62,584 nt of DNA from Chloroflexota bacterium (GTDB taxonomy: Bacteria; Chloroflexota; Dehalococcoidia; Lucifugimonadales; UBA3495). A model generated the notes under the pieces. The model was not told the DNA's origin. It did not search any database and saw only the letters and a program-made list of their open reading frames with translations. The stretch covers positions 1-62,584 of the forward strand of contig JAQBVF010000022.1 in NCBI GenBank assembly GCA_027623675.1, given 5' to 3'. Both the position numbers and the translations under genes were made by a program. Below, in pieces: positions 48,746 to 57,951 of this stretch. The stretch's first letter is position 1; the number at the start of each line of letters is the position of its first letter.

Positions 48746-50668
48746 CTACACTTCCCTGAATTCGCCCTCCACGGTGCCTTCGTCGCCGTCCTCGGTTCCG
48801 GCTCCGCCGCCGCTTCCCATCCCGCCCGTGGGGTCAGCGCCGCCGTCTTCGGTCCCGCCAGCTTGGCTATACACCACTTCGCCCACGCGTTGCAAGGCGC
48901 TATTCAGGTCCGTCATGGCGGATTGCATCTCGGCGGTGTTGTTGGCGGCCACCGCTGTCTTCAGCGTGGCAATCTTACCTTCCACTTCGGTCTTCAGCTC
49001 TTCCGGGACCTTGTCGGAGTTGTCCGCCAGCAGCTTCTCGCTGGTAAAAACCAGGGAATCTGCCTGGTTGCGAGTCTCGACCTCCGCACGGCGCAACCGG
49101 TCGGCCTCTTCGTTCTCCTGGGCCTCGTTGACCATGCGCTCGATGTCGTCCTTATCCAGGCCGGAGCCCGACTGGATGACGATCTTCTGTTCCTTGCCGG
49201 TGCCCTTGTCCTTGGCGGACACGCTCAGGATGCCGTTGGCGTCGATGTCGAAGGTCACTTCGATCTGGGGGACGCCCCGGGGCGCGGGCAGGAGTCCGTC
49301 GAGCATGAACCGGCCGATGGACTTGTTGTCAGCCGCCATTGAACGTTCGCCCTGCAGCACGTGGATGTCCACGGTGGTCTGGTTCTCGGCGGCCGTTGTG
49401 AACATCTCATTCTTCTTGGTCGGGATGGTGGTGTTCCGGGCTATCAGGGTGGTCATCACGCTGCCCAATGTCTCCAGACCCAGGGTCAACGGGGTGACGT
49501 CCAGTAGCACGATGTCGTCCACGTCGCCGGCCAGGACCCCCGCCTGAATGGCGGCGCCCAGGGCCACGGCCTCGTCGGGGTTGATGTTGCGGTTGGGCTC
49601 CTTGCCAAAGAGCTGCTTAACCTTTTCCTGCACGGCCGGCATGCGGGTCATACCGCCCACCAAGAGCACTTCGTCGATGGATTCGGCGCTCAGGCCGGAG
49701 TCGGTCAAAGCCTGGCGGCAGGGCCCCTCGGTCCGTTTGATCAGGTGGTCGACCAGTTGGTTCAGCTTGGCGCGGGACAGGGTTTTCACCATGTGCTGCG
49801 GGCCGCTGGCGTCTGCCGTAATGAATGGCAGGTTAATCTCGGTCGAGACGACACTGGACAGGTCAACCTTGGCCCGTTCCGCCGCGTCGCGCAGCCGCTG
49901 GAGGGCCATGCGATCGGAGGCCAGGTCGATGCCGGTTTCCTGTTTGAATTCGGAGATCATCCATTCCAGGATGGCCTGGTCGAAGTCGTCTCCGCCAAGG
50001 AAGGTGTCCCCGTTGGTTGATTTAACCTCGAATACACCGTCGCCCATCTGGAGGATGGTGATGTCGAAGGTACCGCCTCCCAGATCGAACACGGCAACGT
50101 TGGCGTCTGTCTTGGTCTTGTCCAAGCCATAGGCCAGTGCCGAGGCGGTGGGCTCGTTGATGATTCGCAGCACTTCCAGTCCGGCGATGGTCCCGGCGTC
50201 CTTGGTTGCCTGGCGTTGCGAGTCATTGAAGTAAGCCGGGACGGTGATTACAGCCTGCGTTATCTTCTCGCCCAGCTTAATCTCGGCGTCCTGCTTGATC
50301 TTCTGCAGCACGAACGACGAGATCTGCGGCGGGGCATAGGATTCCTTGCCCATCATCACCATCGCGTCGCCGGTGGGGCCGGCTATCACCTTATAGGGTA
50401 GCTTGGCCGTGGCGTTCTGTATCTCGGGGTCGGTGAACTTCCGGCCCATGAGCCGTTTCACGGAGAACAAGGTGTTCTCCGGATTGGTCACGGCCTGGCG
50501 CTTGGCGACCTGACCGACGTAGCGCTCTCCGGTTTTGGTGTTCAGCGCGACTACCGACGGTGTGATGCGGCCGCCTTCGGCGTTCTCCACGACCACCGGC
50601 TCGCCGGCTTCAATGACCGCTGCCACCGAGTTTGTTGTTCCGAGGTCGATTCCCAGGACTTTAGCCAT
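48746..50668 (-). CDS. dnaK: Chaperone DnaK
   Basis: [50 protein letters not shown]. Confidence 0.98.
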   Translation of the reverse strand: MAKVLGIDLGTTNSVAAVIEAGEPVVVENAEGGRITPSVVALNTKTGERYVGQVAKRQAVTNPENTLFSVKRLMGRKFTDPEIQNATAKLPYKVIAGPTGDAMVMMGKESYAPPQISSFVLQKIKQDAEIKLGEKITQAVITVPAYFNDSQRQATKDAGTIAGLEVLRIINEPTASALAYGLDKTKTDANVAVFDLGGGTFDITILQMGDGVFEVKSTNGDTFLGGDDFDQAILEWMISEFKQETGIDLASDRMALQRLRDAAERAKVDLSSVVSTEINLPFITADASGPQHMVKTLSRAKLNQLVDHLIKRTEGPCRQALTDSGLSAESIDEVLLVGGMTRMPAVQEKVKQLFGKEPNRNINPDEAVALGAAIQAGVLAGDVDDIVLLDVTPLTLGLETLGSVMTTLIARNTTIPTKKNEMFTTAAENQTTVDIHVLQGERSMAADNKSIGRFMLDGLLPAPRGVPQIEVTFDIDANGILSVSAKDKGTGKEQKIVIQSGSGLDKDDIERMVNEAQENEEADRLRRAEVETRNQADSLVFTSEKLLADNSDKVPEELKTEVEGKIATLKTAVAANNTAEMQSAMTDLNSALQRVGEVVYSQAGGTEDGGADPTGGMGSGGGAGTEDGDEGTVEGEFREV

Positions 50669-50741
50669 TTGGTCTCTCCTAATTTCTCACGCTCTTTCGC
50701 GCGCTGGGCTTTAAGTGATGCTCCGGCCGGTAGGGCCGCGC

Positions 50742-51437
50742 CTATTCTTGCTCTTTCGCCGGGGCTTTGGCCACCATCACCTGGACCGGGCTAATCACCC
50801 GGTCGTGCAGGCGAAAGCCTGGCCTGACTATCTGGGTGATATAACCAGGTTCAACGGTGGCGGACTCTTCAGTGCCCACTGCTTCGTGTTCCAGCGGGTT
50901 GAACATGAGGCCCACGGCTTCGATGACCCGGACACCCTCGGATTCTAGCACGCCGGTAAGCTTCCGTTGAATCAGCTTGATCCCCTCCAGCAGCGACCCA
51001 TTGGCCTCCGCCGAGGGGTCTTGCTGCTGCCCTTCGGCGTGGCGGACCCCCAACTCCAGTTCTTCCAACACCGGCAGGACATTTGCGATCAGCCGGCTGT
51101 TGGCATATTTGCTGTTGGCGATGCGCTCTTCGTCGGTTCGGCGGCGATAGTTGACCATCTCCGCCCGGGCGCGCTGGGCGGCGTCCAGGTTCTCCGCAGC
51201 CGCTTTCTGGGCGGCAATGAGGCTGGCTTTCAATAAGGTCACTTGCTCCTCCAATGGGAGACTGTCCAAGTCTACAGAGGCTTGGGCAAGTATCTCCTCA
51301 AGTTCTTGGTCCAGCCCGGCCCCTTCCGGAGGGACTCCCGGCTCTCCCGTGGAATCTTGAGGCTGCTCGCCCCGTTCTTGAGCCCCGTCACCAGAGGCGC
51401 CGGTCTCGTCGTTGAATTCTTCTGGTCCTGTTGCCAT
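50742..51437 (-). CDS. grpE: Nucleotide exchange factor GrpE
   Basis: RARAEMVNYRRR, FNPLEHEAV, GFRLHDRVI; upstream of dnaK. Confidence 0.95.
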   Translation of the reverse strand: MATGPEEFNDETGASGDGAQERGEQPQDSTGEPGVPPEGAGLDQELEEILAQASVDLDSLPLEEQVTLLKASLIAAQKAAAENLDAAQRARAEMVNYRRRTDEERIANSKYANSRLIANVLPVLEELELGVRHAEGQQQDPSAEANGSLLEGIKLIQRKLTGVLESEGVRVIEAVGLMFNPLEHEAVGTEESATVEPGYITQIVRPGFRLHDRVISPVQVMVAKAPAKEQE

Positions 51438-51503
51438 TAGGGCGTTCCCCTCGGTTTGATTGGTCTGTAGTCTTGGTCCGTTAGGGTCGGTTGACGCCGG
51501 ATG

Positions 51504-52025
51504 CTAACGGTCCACAGGCAGGTTCAGACTCTTGAATAGTAGGTCCATCTCTTCTTGTACCATCTGCTGGGCCACCGGGATAGCCTCCAAGCGGCTGGCC
51601 ATCCGCTGCTTTATGGCCGTCAGGTTGGCATATGCCGCCAGGGCAAACTCAACTCCGGCTAGGTTGAGGCCCAACTCGTCGGACAGGTAACGGATGAGCC
51701 GGACTTTTTTGATGTCCTCCGCCGAGTATAGCCGCAGCATGCCGATGGTCCGCCCCGGATTTATCAGGCCCAGCCGCTCGTACTTTCGCAGGGTCTGAGG
51801 GTGCATGTCCAGGATGCGGGCGGCCACGCTAATGATGTAGACGCCCTCGACCTCCAGGACCGCTTCACCGCCGGACCCTTGGCCCGCGTTTTCGGTTGCT
51901 ACGGGTACTGCTTTGGGTCCTACGGACGGTGACAGGTTTGTGTCCTTGGGGCGGCCGCGAGGGGGCGAATCTGCCCCATCTGCCTCCCGTTGGAGCCTGG
52001 ACCTGGACCTTGGCTGTTCGTACAT
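51504..52025 (-). CDS. hspR: MerR-family heat-shock repressor HspR
   Basis: [31 protein letters not shown]...GLNLAGV; first gene of the grpE-dnaK operon. Confidence 0.85.
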   Translation of the reverse strand: MYEQPRSRSRLQREADGADSPPRGRPKDTNLSPSVGPKAVPVATENAGQGSGGEAVLEVEGVYIISVAARILDMHPQTLRKYERLGLINPGRTIGMLRLYSAEDIKKVRLIRYLSDELGLNLAGVEFALAAYANLTAIKQRMASRLEAIPVAQQMVQEEMDLLFKSLNLPVDR

Positions 52026-52131
52026 CTAGAAACCCCGAAGCTTAACCGGTTGAATCTCCGAAGAGAGAACCGGAGGACCGAATCCAGTCGTAAGCCATAT
52101 GTGATTGCTCTATTGACTGGCGATTAACCAT

Positions 52132-52161
52132 ATGATACGGTTTGATTCGAGTCGTGTCAAG
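52132..52161 (-). promoter_or_regulatory. Promoter of hspR-grpE-dnaK with overlapping HAIR-like operator
   Basis: TTGACA-17 nt-TATCAT; CTTGACA-N7-AATCAAA versus HAIR consensus CTTGAGT-N7-ACTCAAG. Confidence 0.65.
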
Positions 52162-52281
52162 ACTTATGAATCAATCTGAATAAACTGGTGTTAGACGGAC
52201 CGGTTAACACCGGCCCATAAACGAAGACCGGTGAGGCATCCCACAATGCCGGGCCGGCAATCAGGAAGGGGAGGATCGGAG

Positions 52282-52488
52282 ATGATGTACTTAAAGGAAT
52301 GCCCCAAGTGCCAAGGCGATCTATATGAGGGCAGCGACATGTATGGCCAGTATGTTAGCTGTTTGCAATGCGGCTACTCGCGCGACCTACCCGTTGCCAG
52401 CGTGACGGAATCGCTGCAGAAGACCTCTAAGGTCAACGCCACCAAGACCGTGAAACGGTCACGCAAGAAGGTCAAGGCCGCCGCTTAA
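52282..52488 (+). CDS. Small zinc-ribbon protein with basic tail
   Basis: CPKCQGDL...CLQCG; GGAGG RBS; followed by a terminator. Confidence 0.75.
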   Translation: MMYLKECPKCQGDLYEGSDMYGQYVSCLQCGYSRDLPVASVTESLQKTSKVNATKTVKRSRKKVKAAA

Positions 52489-52503
52489 AGGCCATCGCAA
52501 GCC

Positions 52504-52545
52504 AACGAAAAAAGGGGCGGCAATCTTGCCGCCCCTTTTTTCGTT
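52504..52545. terminator. Bidirectional terminator
   Basis: AACGAAAAAAGGGGCGGCAA-TC-TTGCCGCCCCTTTTTTCGTT. Confidence 0.85.
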
Positions 52546-52561
52546 CGAGCCTAAGAATCTC

Positions 52562-52696
52562 TTATTTGGTGAGTTCGGGCCAGAAGCGTTGTTCCATCTT
52601 GGGGTCATCTTCCCATCGAAAAGCTGACTGAAAAGCTGATCGAAAAGCTGGCTACTTGGTGAGTTCGGGCCAGAAGCGTTCTTCCTTCCAGGGGTC
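52562..52696. repeat. Diverged duplication of the 3' end of the molybdo-oxidoreductase gene, plus 12-bp x3 repeat
   Basis: TTGGTGAGTTCGGGCCAGAAGCGTT at 52566 and 52656 (90 nt apart); A(TC/CT)GAAAAGCTG x3 at 52615-52650. Confidence 0.85.
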
Positions 52697-53263
52697 GCCC
52701 TCGTTGTGGTAGCCGCGCTGCTCCCAGAACCCGGGGGAGTCCTCGGCCAGGAGTTCGATGCCATTGATCCACTTGGCGCTCTTCCAGGCGTAGATGCTGG
52801 GAACGATCAGCCGCAGCGGCCAGCCGTGGCTCACGGCCATGGGTTCGCCGTCCTGCTTGTGGGCCAAGATGCCCTCTTGCATGGCCAGTTCCAGAGGCAG
52901 ATTGGTGGTATACCCGCCGTAGCAGTGCGCCATCACGAACCTGGCCTCGGGCTTGGGTTTAGCTGGCGCCACCAGGTCGGCGAAGTTGACTCCCTCCCAG
53001 GTGTTGTCCAGTTGGCTCCACTGGGTCACGCAGTGGAAGTCGGCCACGGTGGTGGTCCATTCTAGGTTGGAGAATTGCTCCCAGTTCAGGGTGATCTCCC
53101 GTTCCACCAACCCGAAGATCTTGATCTCCCAGTTGTTGATGTCGATCTTTGGTTCGGGGCCGTAGGTCAGCACCGGGAACTTAGTGGTCAAGAACTGGCC
53201 CGGAGGCACCCGGTCGCCGTGTCCCTGGTCGGGCGCCTTTTTAACTTGGTCTGGCCGTTTCAT
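52652..53263 (-). CDS. Sulfite oxidase-like molybdopterin oxidoreductase (YuiH/MsrP-like)
   Basis: RVPPGQ, DFHCVTQWS, YTTNLPL, HGWPLRL, YAWKSAKW, GFWEQRGYH. Confidence 0.9.
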   Translation of the reverse strand: MKRPDQVKKAPDQGHGDRVPPGQFLTTKFPVLTYGPEPKIDINNWEIKIFGLVEREITLNWEQFSNLEWTTTVADFHCVTQWSQLDNTWEGVNFADLVAPAKPKPEARFVMAHCYGGYTTNLPLELAMQEGILAHKQDGEPMAVSHGWPLRLIVPSIYAWKSAKWINGIELLAEDSPGFWEQRGYHNEGDPWKEERFWPELTK

Positions 53264-53315
53264 ATCTCTGCCTTATCAGGGCCGGTGCGGCCTGGTTGTT
53301 TAGGTGTATCTGTGG

Positions 53316-54362
53316 CTAAGGGGCGACGGTTATTCGTCCCGGGTTGTCCGCCGTAATCTCGCCAACTACTGCTCTAGTCCGGACTCCGGACGATTCAAGT
53401 TCGGCGAGCAGTTGGTCCAGGCGGTCTTTGGTGACTGAGATCAGCAGTCCGCCAGAAGTTTGGGCGTCGCACATAAGCAGCCTTTGCTCGTCGGTCAAAG
53501 AGTCGTCCCAATCGACATCGGCGTCCACGCTGGACATGTTGCGGAAGGTTCCTCTGGGGACGGTGCCCTTCTCCAAGAGGTCCCATACCCCTGGCAGCAC
53601 CGGCACATCGGAGACCCGGATCGTCGCCCCAACGTTGCTGCCCCGCGCCATACCCCTCAGGTGGCCCAGAAGCCCAAAGCCGGTGATGTCGGTACAGGAG
53701 TTCACTCCCACCCGCATCATGGCCTCGGAGGCGCCTTTGTTGAGTTCCGCCATGGTCGCCACGGCGGTCTTCAAGACGGCGTCGGGGGTGATTCCCGCTT
53801 TGCAACCGGTGGTGATGATTCCGGTGCCGATGGGTTTGGTTAACACCAGAACGTCGCCGGGCTGGGCGTTGGCGTTGGTGACCTCTTTGCCCGGTTCCAC
53901 GATACCCACCACAGAGAGGCCGTATTTGGGTTCTTCGTCGTCCACAGTGTGACCGCCGACGATCAGGCACCCCGCCTCCGTGGCTTTGTCGTAGCCGCCC
54001 TTGAGCACGTCGCCCAGCATCTCCACGGCCAGTTTGGCTGGGAACCCGACCACATTCAGGGCAACCAGGGGCTTGCCACCCATGGCGTAAACATCGCTGA
54101 GAGAGTTGGCCGCCGCGACCGAGCCGAACTCGTAGGGGTCATCGGTGATGGGCGTGAAGAAGTCGACCGTCACGATGATGGCGGTTTTTTCATCCAGCCG
54201 GTAAACGGCTGCGTCGTCCCCGGCCTCGGTCCCGACCAAAAGATCAGGATGACTGGCCATGGGCAAGTGCTTCAGGACCTGGACCAGGTCCTCCTGGCTA
54301 AGCTTGGCGGCTCAACCGGCGCAGTGGGACAGTTCAGTTAGGCGGACTTTACTTGCGGCCAT
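53316..54362 (-). CDS. selD: Selenide, water dikinase; selenoprotein (Sec17, TGA at 54312-54314)
   Basis: MAASKVRLTELSHCAG-U-AAKL..., DDAAVY, VDFFTP, ANSLSDVYAMGG, GGHT, TDITGFGLLGH, DAQTSGGLL; GGAGG RBS before ATG 54362. Confidence 0.95.
54274..54298 (-). promoter_or_regulatory. Candidate SECIS in selD
   Basis: GCCAGG-AGGA-CCTGGT starting 14 nt after TGA; alternative AGGACCTG-GTC-CAGGTCCT. Confidence 0.5.
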
Positions 54363-54528
54363 CCGGTGGTTCCTCCGTTCGGGGTCGTGCGTTCTGGGTC
54401 CTGATAGATCGATGTTTGACCAGTCGTCGAATAGAGCGGTCGTTAATACCGACTATATAGACCGATTGTACCCAGAATCGTACCTATAAGGATACATTAT
54501 CTGAGTTTGCGATGGTTTGGGTTTGAGA

Positions 54529-55707
54529 TTATTTGGCCTGCGCTTTGAACGCCGGCATCACTTCTTTACCGAACCTTTCAAGCTGTTCCAAGATGACCGG
54601 CGTTTCGGTGCTCATGACCGATGCGCCCACGTTGACCTCCTGCAGGCCGGGATACCGGTCTTGCAGTTCCATCAACCGTTCGGTAACCCGCTCGGGAGGC
54701 CCCACGAGCCACGCCCCGGCTTTAACGGCGTCCTCAATCGTGGGCAGCCCGGCCGTCCTGGCGGCGGAGCCCCGGCCCAGGGCCGAGATCTGTTCTTCGG
54801 ACAATCCCCGGACGAAGCCAAGCGGTCCGAACATCTTCATATTCTCTTCGAAGTATTTCTTGGCCCGGCTGATGGCCTTCTCCTCGGTGTCGTCGATGAA
54901 GGTGGACACTCCCACGATCAGGTCACCGCCCAGTTCGGTCTCCCGGCCGTGCTTGGCCAGGGTCTCCTGCCACAATCTGACCACCGAGTCGGATGCCCCG
55001 CCGGTGGCCGCCCCGCCGCCGACGATGCCCTTGATGCCGTGCTTGGCCATGAAGTCCATGGCGCGCTGGCTGGCGCTGACCAACGGCTGGTAGGTCTCAA
55101 CCGGCAGGTACTTGGGCCGAGGCACCAGGGTGATCTCTTTCAGGGTGTAGCCGCGGTAAGGCACCTCCGGCGGCAGGTTGTAGTGCTTGCCGTGGTGGGA
55201 GAAAGACTTCTCGTTGAACGCCTTCATGATGACTTCGACCTGTTCTTCGAATATCTCACGGTTGGCGTCGCTGTCGGTGTTGGTGCTGGGCACTCCGAAG
55301 GTGTCTACTTCGCGGGAGTGGTAGCCGCGGCCAACGCCGAAGATCACCCGGCCGTTGGTCAAGATGTCGGCGGTGGCGTAGTCCTCGGCCAGGCGCAGGG
55401 GGTGCCACATGGGATTGACGTTGAATCCGCAGCCAAATTTAAGGTTCTTGGTCAGGTGGGCCATGTGAACGTACATCAGCAGCAGGTTGGGCAGGCACTC
55501 GTATCCCTCGCGCTGGAAGTGATGTTCCGCCGCCCAGAAGGTGTCGAATCCCAGTTCGTCCATCTTGATGGCGATGGCATCGGCCTTCCCGAAAACGGAG
55601 GCCAACTCCTCATCTGCTATCCAGCGGTCGTTGACCGGAGTGGCGTCGAATCCGACGTCTTCTAGGTCTACGTGACCGGCATAAAGCGACCCGAACCTGG
55701 TGATCAT
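54529..55707 (-). CDS. LLM-class flavin-dependent oxidoreductase
   Basis: LGFDTFWAAEHHF, WHPLRLAEDYATADILTNGRVIFGVGRGY, LVPRP. Confidence 0.92.
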   Translation of the reverse strand: MITRFGSLYAGHVDLEDVGFDATPVNDRWIADEELASVFGKADAIAIKMDELGFDTFWAAEHHFQREGYECLPNLLLMYVHMAHLTKNLKFGCGFNVNPMWHPLRLAEDYATADILTNGRVIFGVGRGYHSREVDTFGVPSTNTDSDANREIFEEQVEVIMKAFNEKSFSHHGKHYNLPPEVPYRGYTLKEITLVPRPKYLPVETYQPLVSASQRAMDFMAKHGIKGIVGGGAATGGASDSVVRLWQETLAKHGRETELGGDLIVGVSTFIDDTEEKAISRAKKYFEENMKMFGPLGFVRGLSEEQISALGRGSAARTAGLPTIEDAVKAGAWLVGPPERVTERLMELQDRYPGLQEVNVGASVMSTETPVILEQLERFGKEVMPAFKAQAK

Positions 55708-55998
55708 ATTCCGTCTCTCCCAAAATTTTTGCGGGCTGGGTTCAGCCGGCGGGATGCCATTCTTATCGTCCGCACCATTGTAATCGGGGCCGGTCAACTG
55801 TCAAATCCAGGCCGGACGGCGTGATATGAGCAGAATCGGAATCACAAGACGGCGCATCTACCACTAATTATAGAAATGATAATTGGGGTGGCAGGTTATT
55901 TCTGATAATGGTAGATTATTGGTCAGTTTCCAATGAGAAGCAGCGCACCGCTATCGTTCTCAGCGGACACATCTTTATAAATCGTTGAGAGCGGTCCC

Positions 55999-57495
55999 AT
56001 GGCTGGAATAATCGCCAACTACAAAGAGGTGCTTAACACGCCGGCCCGGCGTCAGGTTTTGACCGCCATCACCGGCGGCCAATTGCTGGTCCAGCTCTCG
56101 AGCTTGCCGGTGACTTTGGCCCTGCCCAGCATGGCGCGCAGCTTCGGCACCGACCTGGAAGAAGCGTCTTGGATCGTGATCCTGAACCTGTTGGTCCTGG
56201 GCAGCACGGTGCTTCTGGGAGCGCGTCTGGGCGACAAGTTCGGTCACCCGAAGATATTCGTTATCGGCGCGGTCATCATCACCCTCGGCGCCGTGCTCGT
56301 CGCGTCATCGCAAACGTTGTTCTGGGTGATTGCCTTCCGGGGCGTGCAGGGACTGGGCGCGGGGTTGATACACGGCAACGGCAATGCCATGTTGGCGTTC
56401 GCCTTCCCGCCCGAGGAACGGGGCCGGGCGTATGCCTTCCCCATTTCCGGTTCCAGGATGGGGACTTTGATCGGCATCGCCATCTTCGGCATATTCTTGG
56501 AGTTCGTAAGCTGGCGTCTGGTGTTCCTGGCGATGTTGCCCATCGGCATGATCGTAGTTTGGACCAGCCTGCCGGTATTCCGCCGCAACGTGGAGGCCCT
56601 GCCCAAGACTCCCATCTCCATCGACTTTATCGGCGCCGGTCTGCTGATCGCCACGGCGGTGGTCTTTCTGCTCTCAGGCATGCACGTTCACGGGGGGGAG
56701 GAGTCCTTCACTTCGAGCGACGCGTTGAACTACCACCTGCCCATGCATCTGTTGTTCGTGGCGCTGTTGGTGGTGTTCGTCTTCGTCGAGCGGCGGATCG
56801 CCCAGCCGTTCGTGGACTTTCGGCATTTCCGGCACAAGTATTTCACGCTTTCGCTGGTGTCCAACGTGATGTTCCACCTGTCTATGTTGGCCACCATGAT
56901 ACTGATCCCAATCATGATAGAAGACGGACTGGGCAAGTCGCCGATCTTCGTCACCGCGATCTTGATTCCCCACCAGTCGTTCGGCATCTGGCTGCCGGCG
57001 ATCGCGGGCAATATCCACGATAAATACAGCCCCAAACTGCTGCGGACCTTCTGCATGCTTTCCATCGCGGTCGGGTTCGTGCTGCTGGCGGTGTTCGCGG
57101 CCAAGGTTAATTTCTGGTTGCTGCCCCTGCTGTTGCTGCCCATATCATTCGGCACCAACATCTTCAACACGGTCAACAACGCCACCGTGATGAGCGGACT
57201 GCCCACGGAGAACCGGGGGTTTGCCTCGGGGATGCTGGAGACGACCCGCGACTTGGGCCACGCCACCGGGGCCACGATTTCTTCCATCATCATGGCCATG
57301 GTGTTGCCGGCGGGTATCGCCTTCATGGTGGCAAGCGAGTCGCAGCACTTCTACATGAAAGGATTCCAGACTGCCGCGTTCGCCGTAGTGGGAATCATGG
57401 TCACCGGGGCCATCATCGCCGCCTTCCACCGTTCCTACAGCCAGGCTAACGCCGGCCGCGAAGAACAGGCTAGCCCAGCGGCCGCCGACGACTAA
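55999..57495 (+). CDS. MFS transporter (DHA2/14-TM type)
   Basis: VTLALPSM, ARLGDKFG, FRGVQGLG, FPPEERGRA, IDFIGA. Confidence 0.88.
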   Translation: MAGIIANYKEVLNTPARRQVLTAITGGQLLVQLSSLPVTLALPSMARSFGTDLEEASWIVILNLLVLGSTVLLGARLGDKFGHPKIFVIGAVIITLGAVLVASSQTLFWVIAFRGVQGLGAGLIHGNGNAMLAFAFPPEERGRAYAFPISGSRMGTLIGIAIFGIFLEFVSWRLVFLAMLPIGMIVVWTSLPVFRRNVEALPKTPISIDFIGAGLLIATAVVFLLSGMHVHGGEESFTSSDALNYHLPMHLLFVALLVVFVFVERRIAQPFVDFRHFRHKYFTLSLVSNVMFHLSMLATMILIPIMIEDGLGKSPIFVTAILIPHQSFGIWLPAIAGNIHDKYSPKLLRTFCMLSIAVGFVLLAVFAAKVNFWLLPLLLLPISFGTNIFNTVNNATVMSGLPTENRGFASGMLETTRDLGHATGATISSIIMAMVLPAGIAFMVASESQHFYMKGFQTAAFAVVGIMVTGAIIAAFHRSYSQANAGREEQASPAAADD

Positions 57496-57573
57496 GCCGG
57501 CGCCCGGGGCGGAGCAGCCGGGCCGAAGATCATTGCGGTCTCGGTAGAACCGCAGGGCGATACAGCTGCGCGG

Positions 57574-57951
57574 TTACCGATCAGCGTTGTCGCCCATAAT
57601 GTCTGAGACAGTGCGCAACAAGGCAGCGGGACTGAACGGCTTGGTGATGTACTCATCGGCCCCGGCATCGATACCTATCTGGCGGTCCGAGTCCTGGGAA
57701 CTCGCCGTCAGCATGACTATCTTGATGTTCGCGGTCAATGGGTCGCCCTTCAATAACCGGCACACTTCAAAGCCGTCCATGCCCGGCATCATCACGTCCA
57801 GAAGGGCCAACTCGGGAATCTCCCTCCGGGCAATCTCCAGCGCCTCCGGTCCGTCTACGGCCGACAACATACGGTAACCGGAGAACTTGAGGGTCGCCTG
57901 CATCAATTCCATGACGTCTTCTTCGTCGTCAGCAATCAGTAGCGTTTGCAT
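57574..57951 (-). CDS. Single-domain response regulator (CheY-like)
   Basis: LIADDE, LLDVMMPGMDG, MLTA, YITKPF; GGAGG RBS. Confidence 0.92.
   Translation of the reverse strand: MQTLLIADDEEDVMELMQATLKFSGYRMLSAVDGPEALEIARREIPELALLDVMMPGMDGFEVCRLLKGDPLTANIKIVMLTASSQDSDRQIGIDAGADEYITKPFSPAALLRTVSDIMGDNADR

Noticed and set aside
52652..52654. Pyrrolysine decoding of the TAG
   Set aside because: No pyl genes are in view, and a simple duplication explains the in-frame tail.
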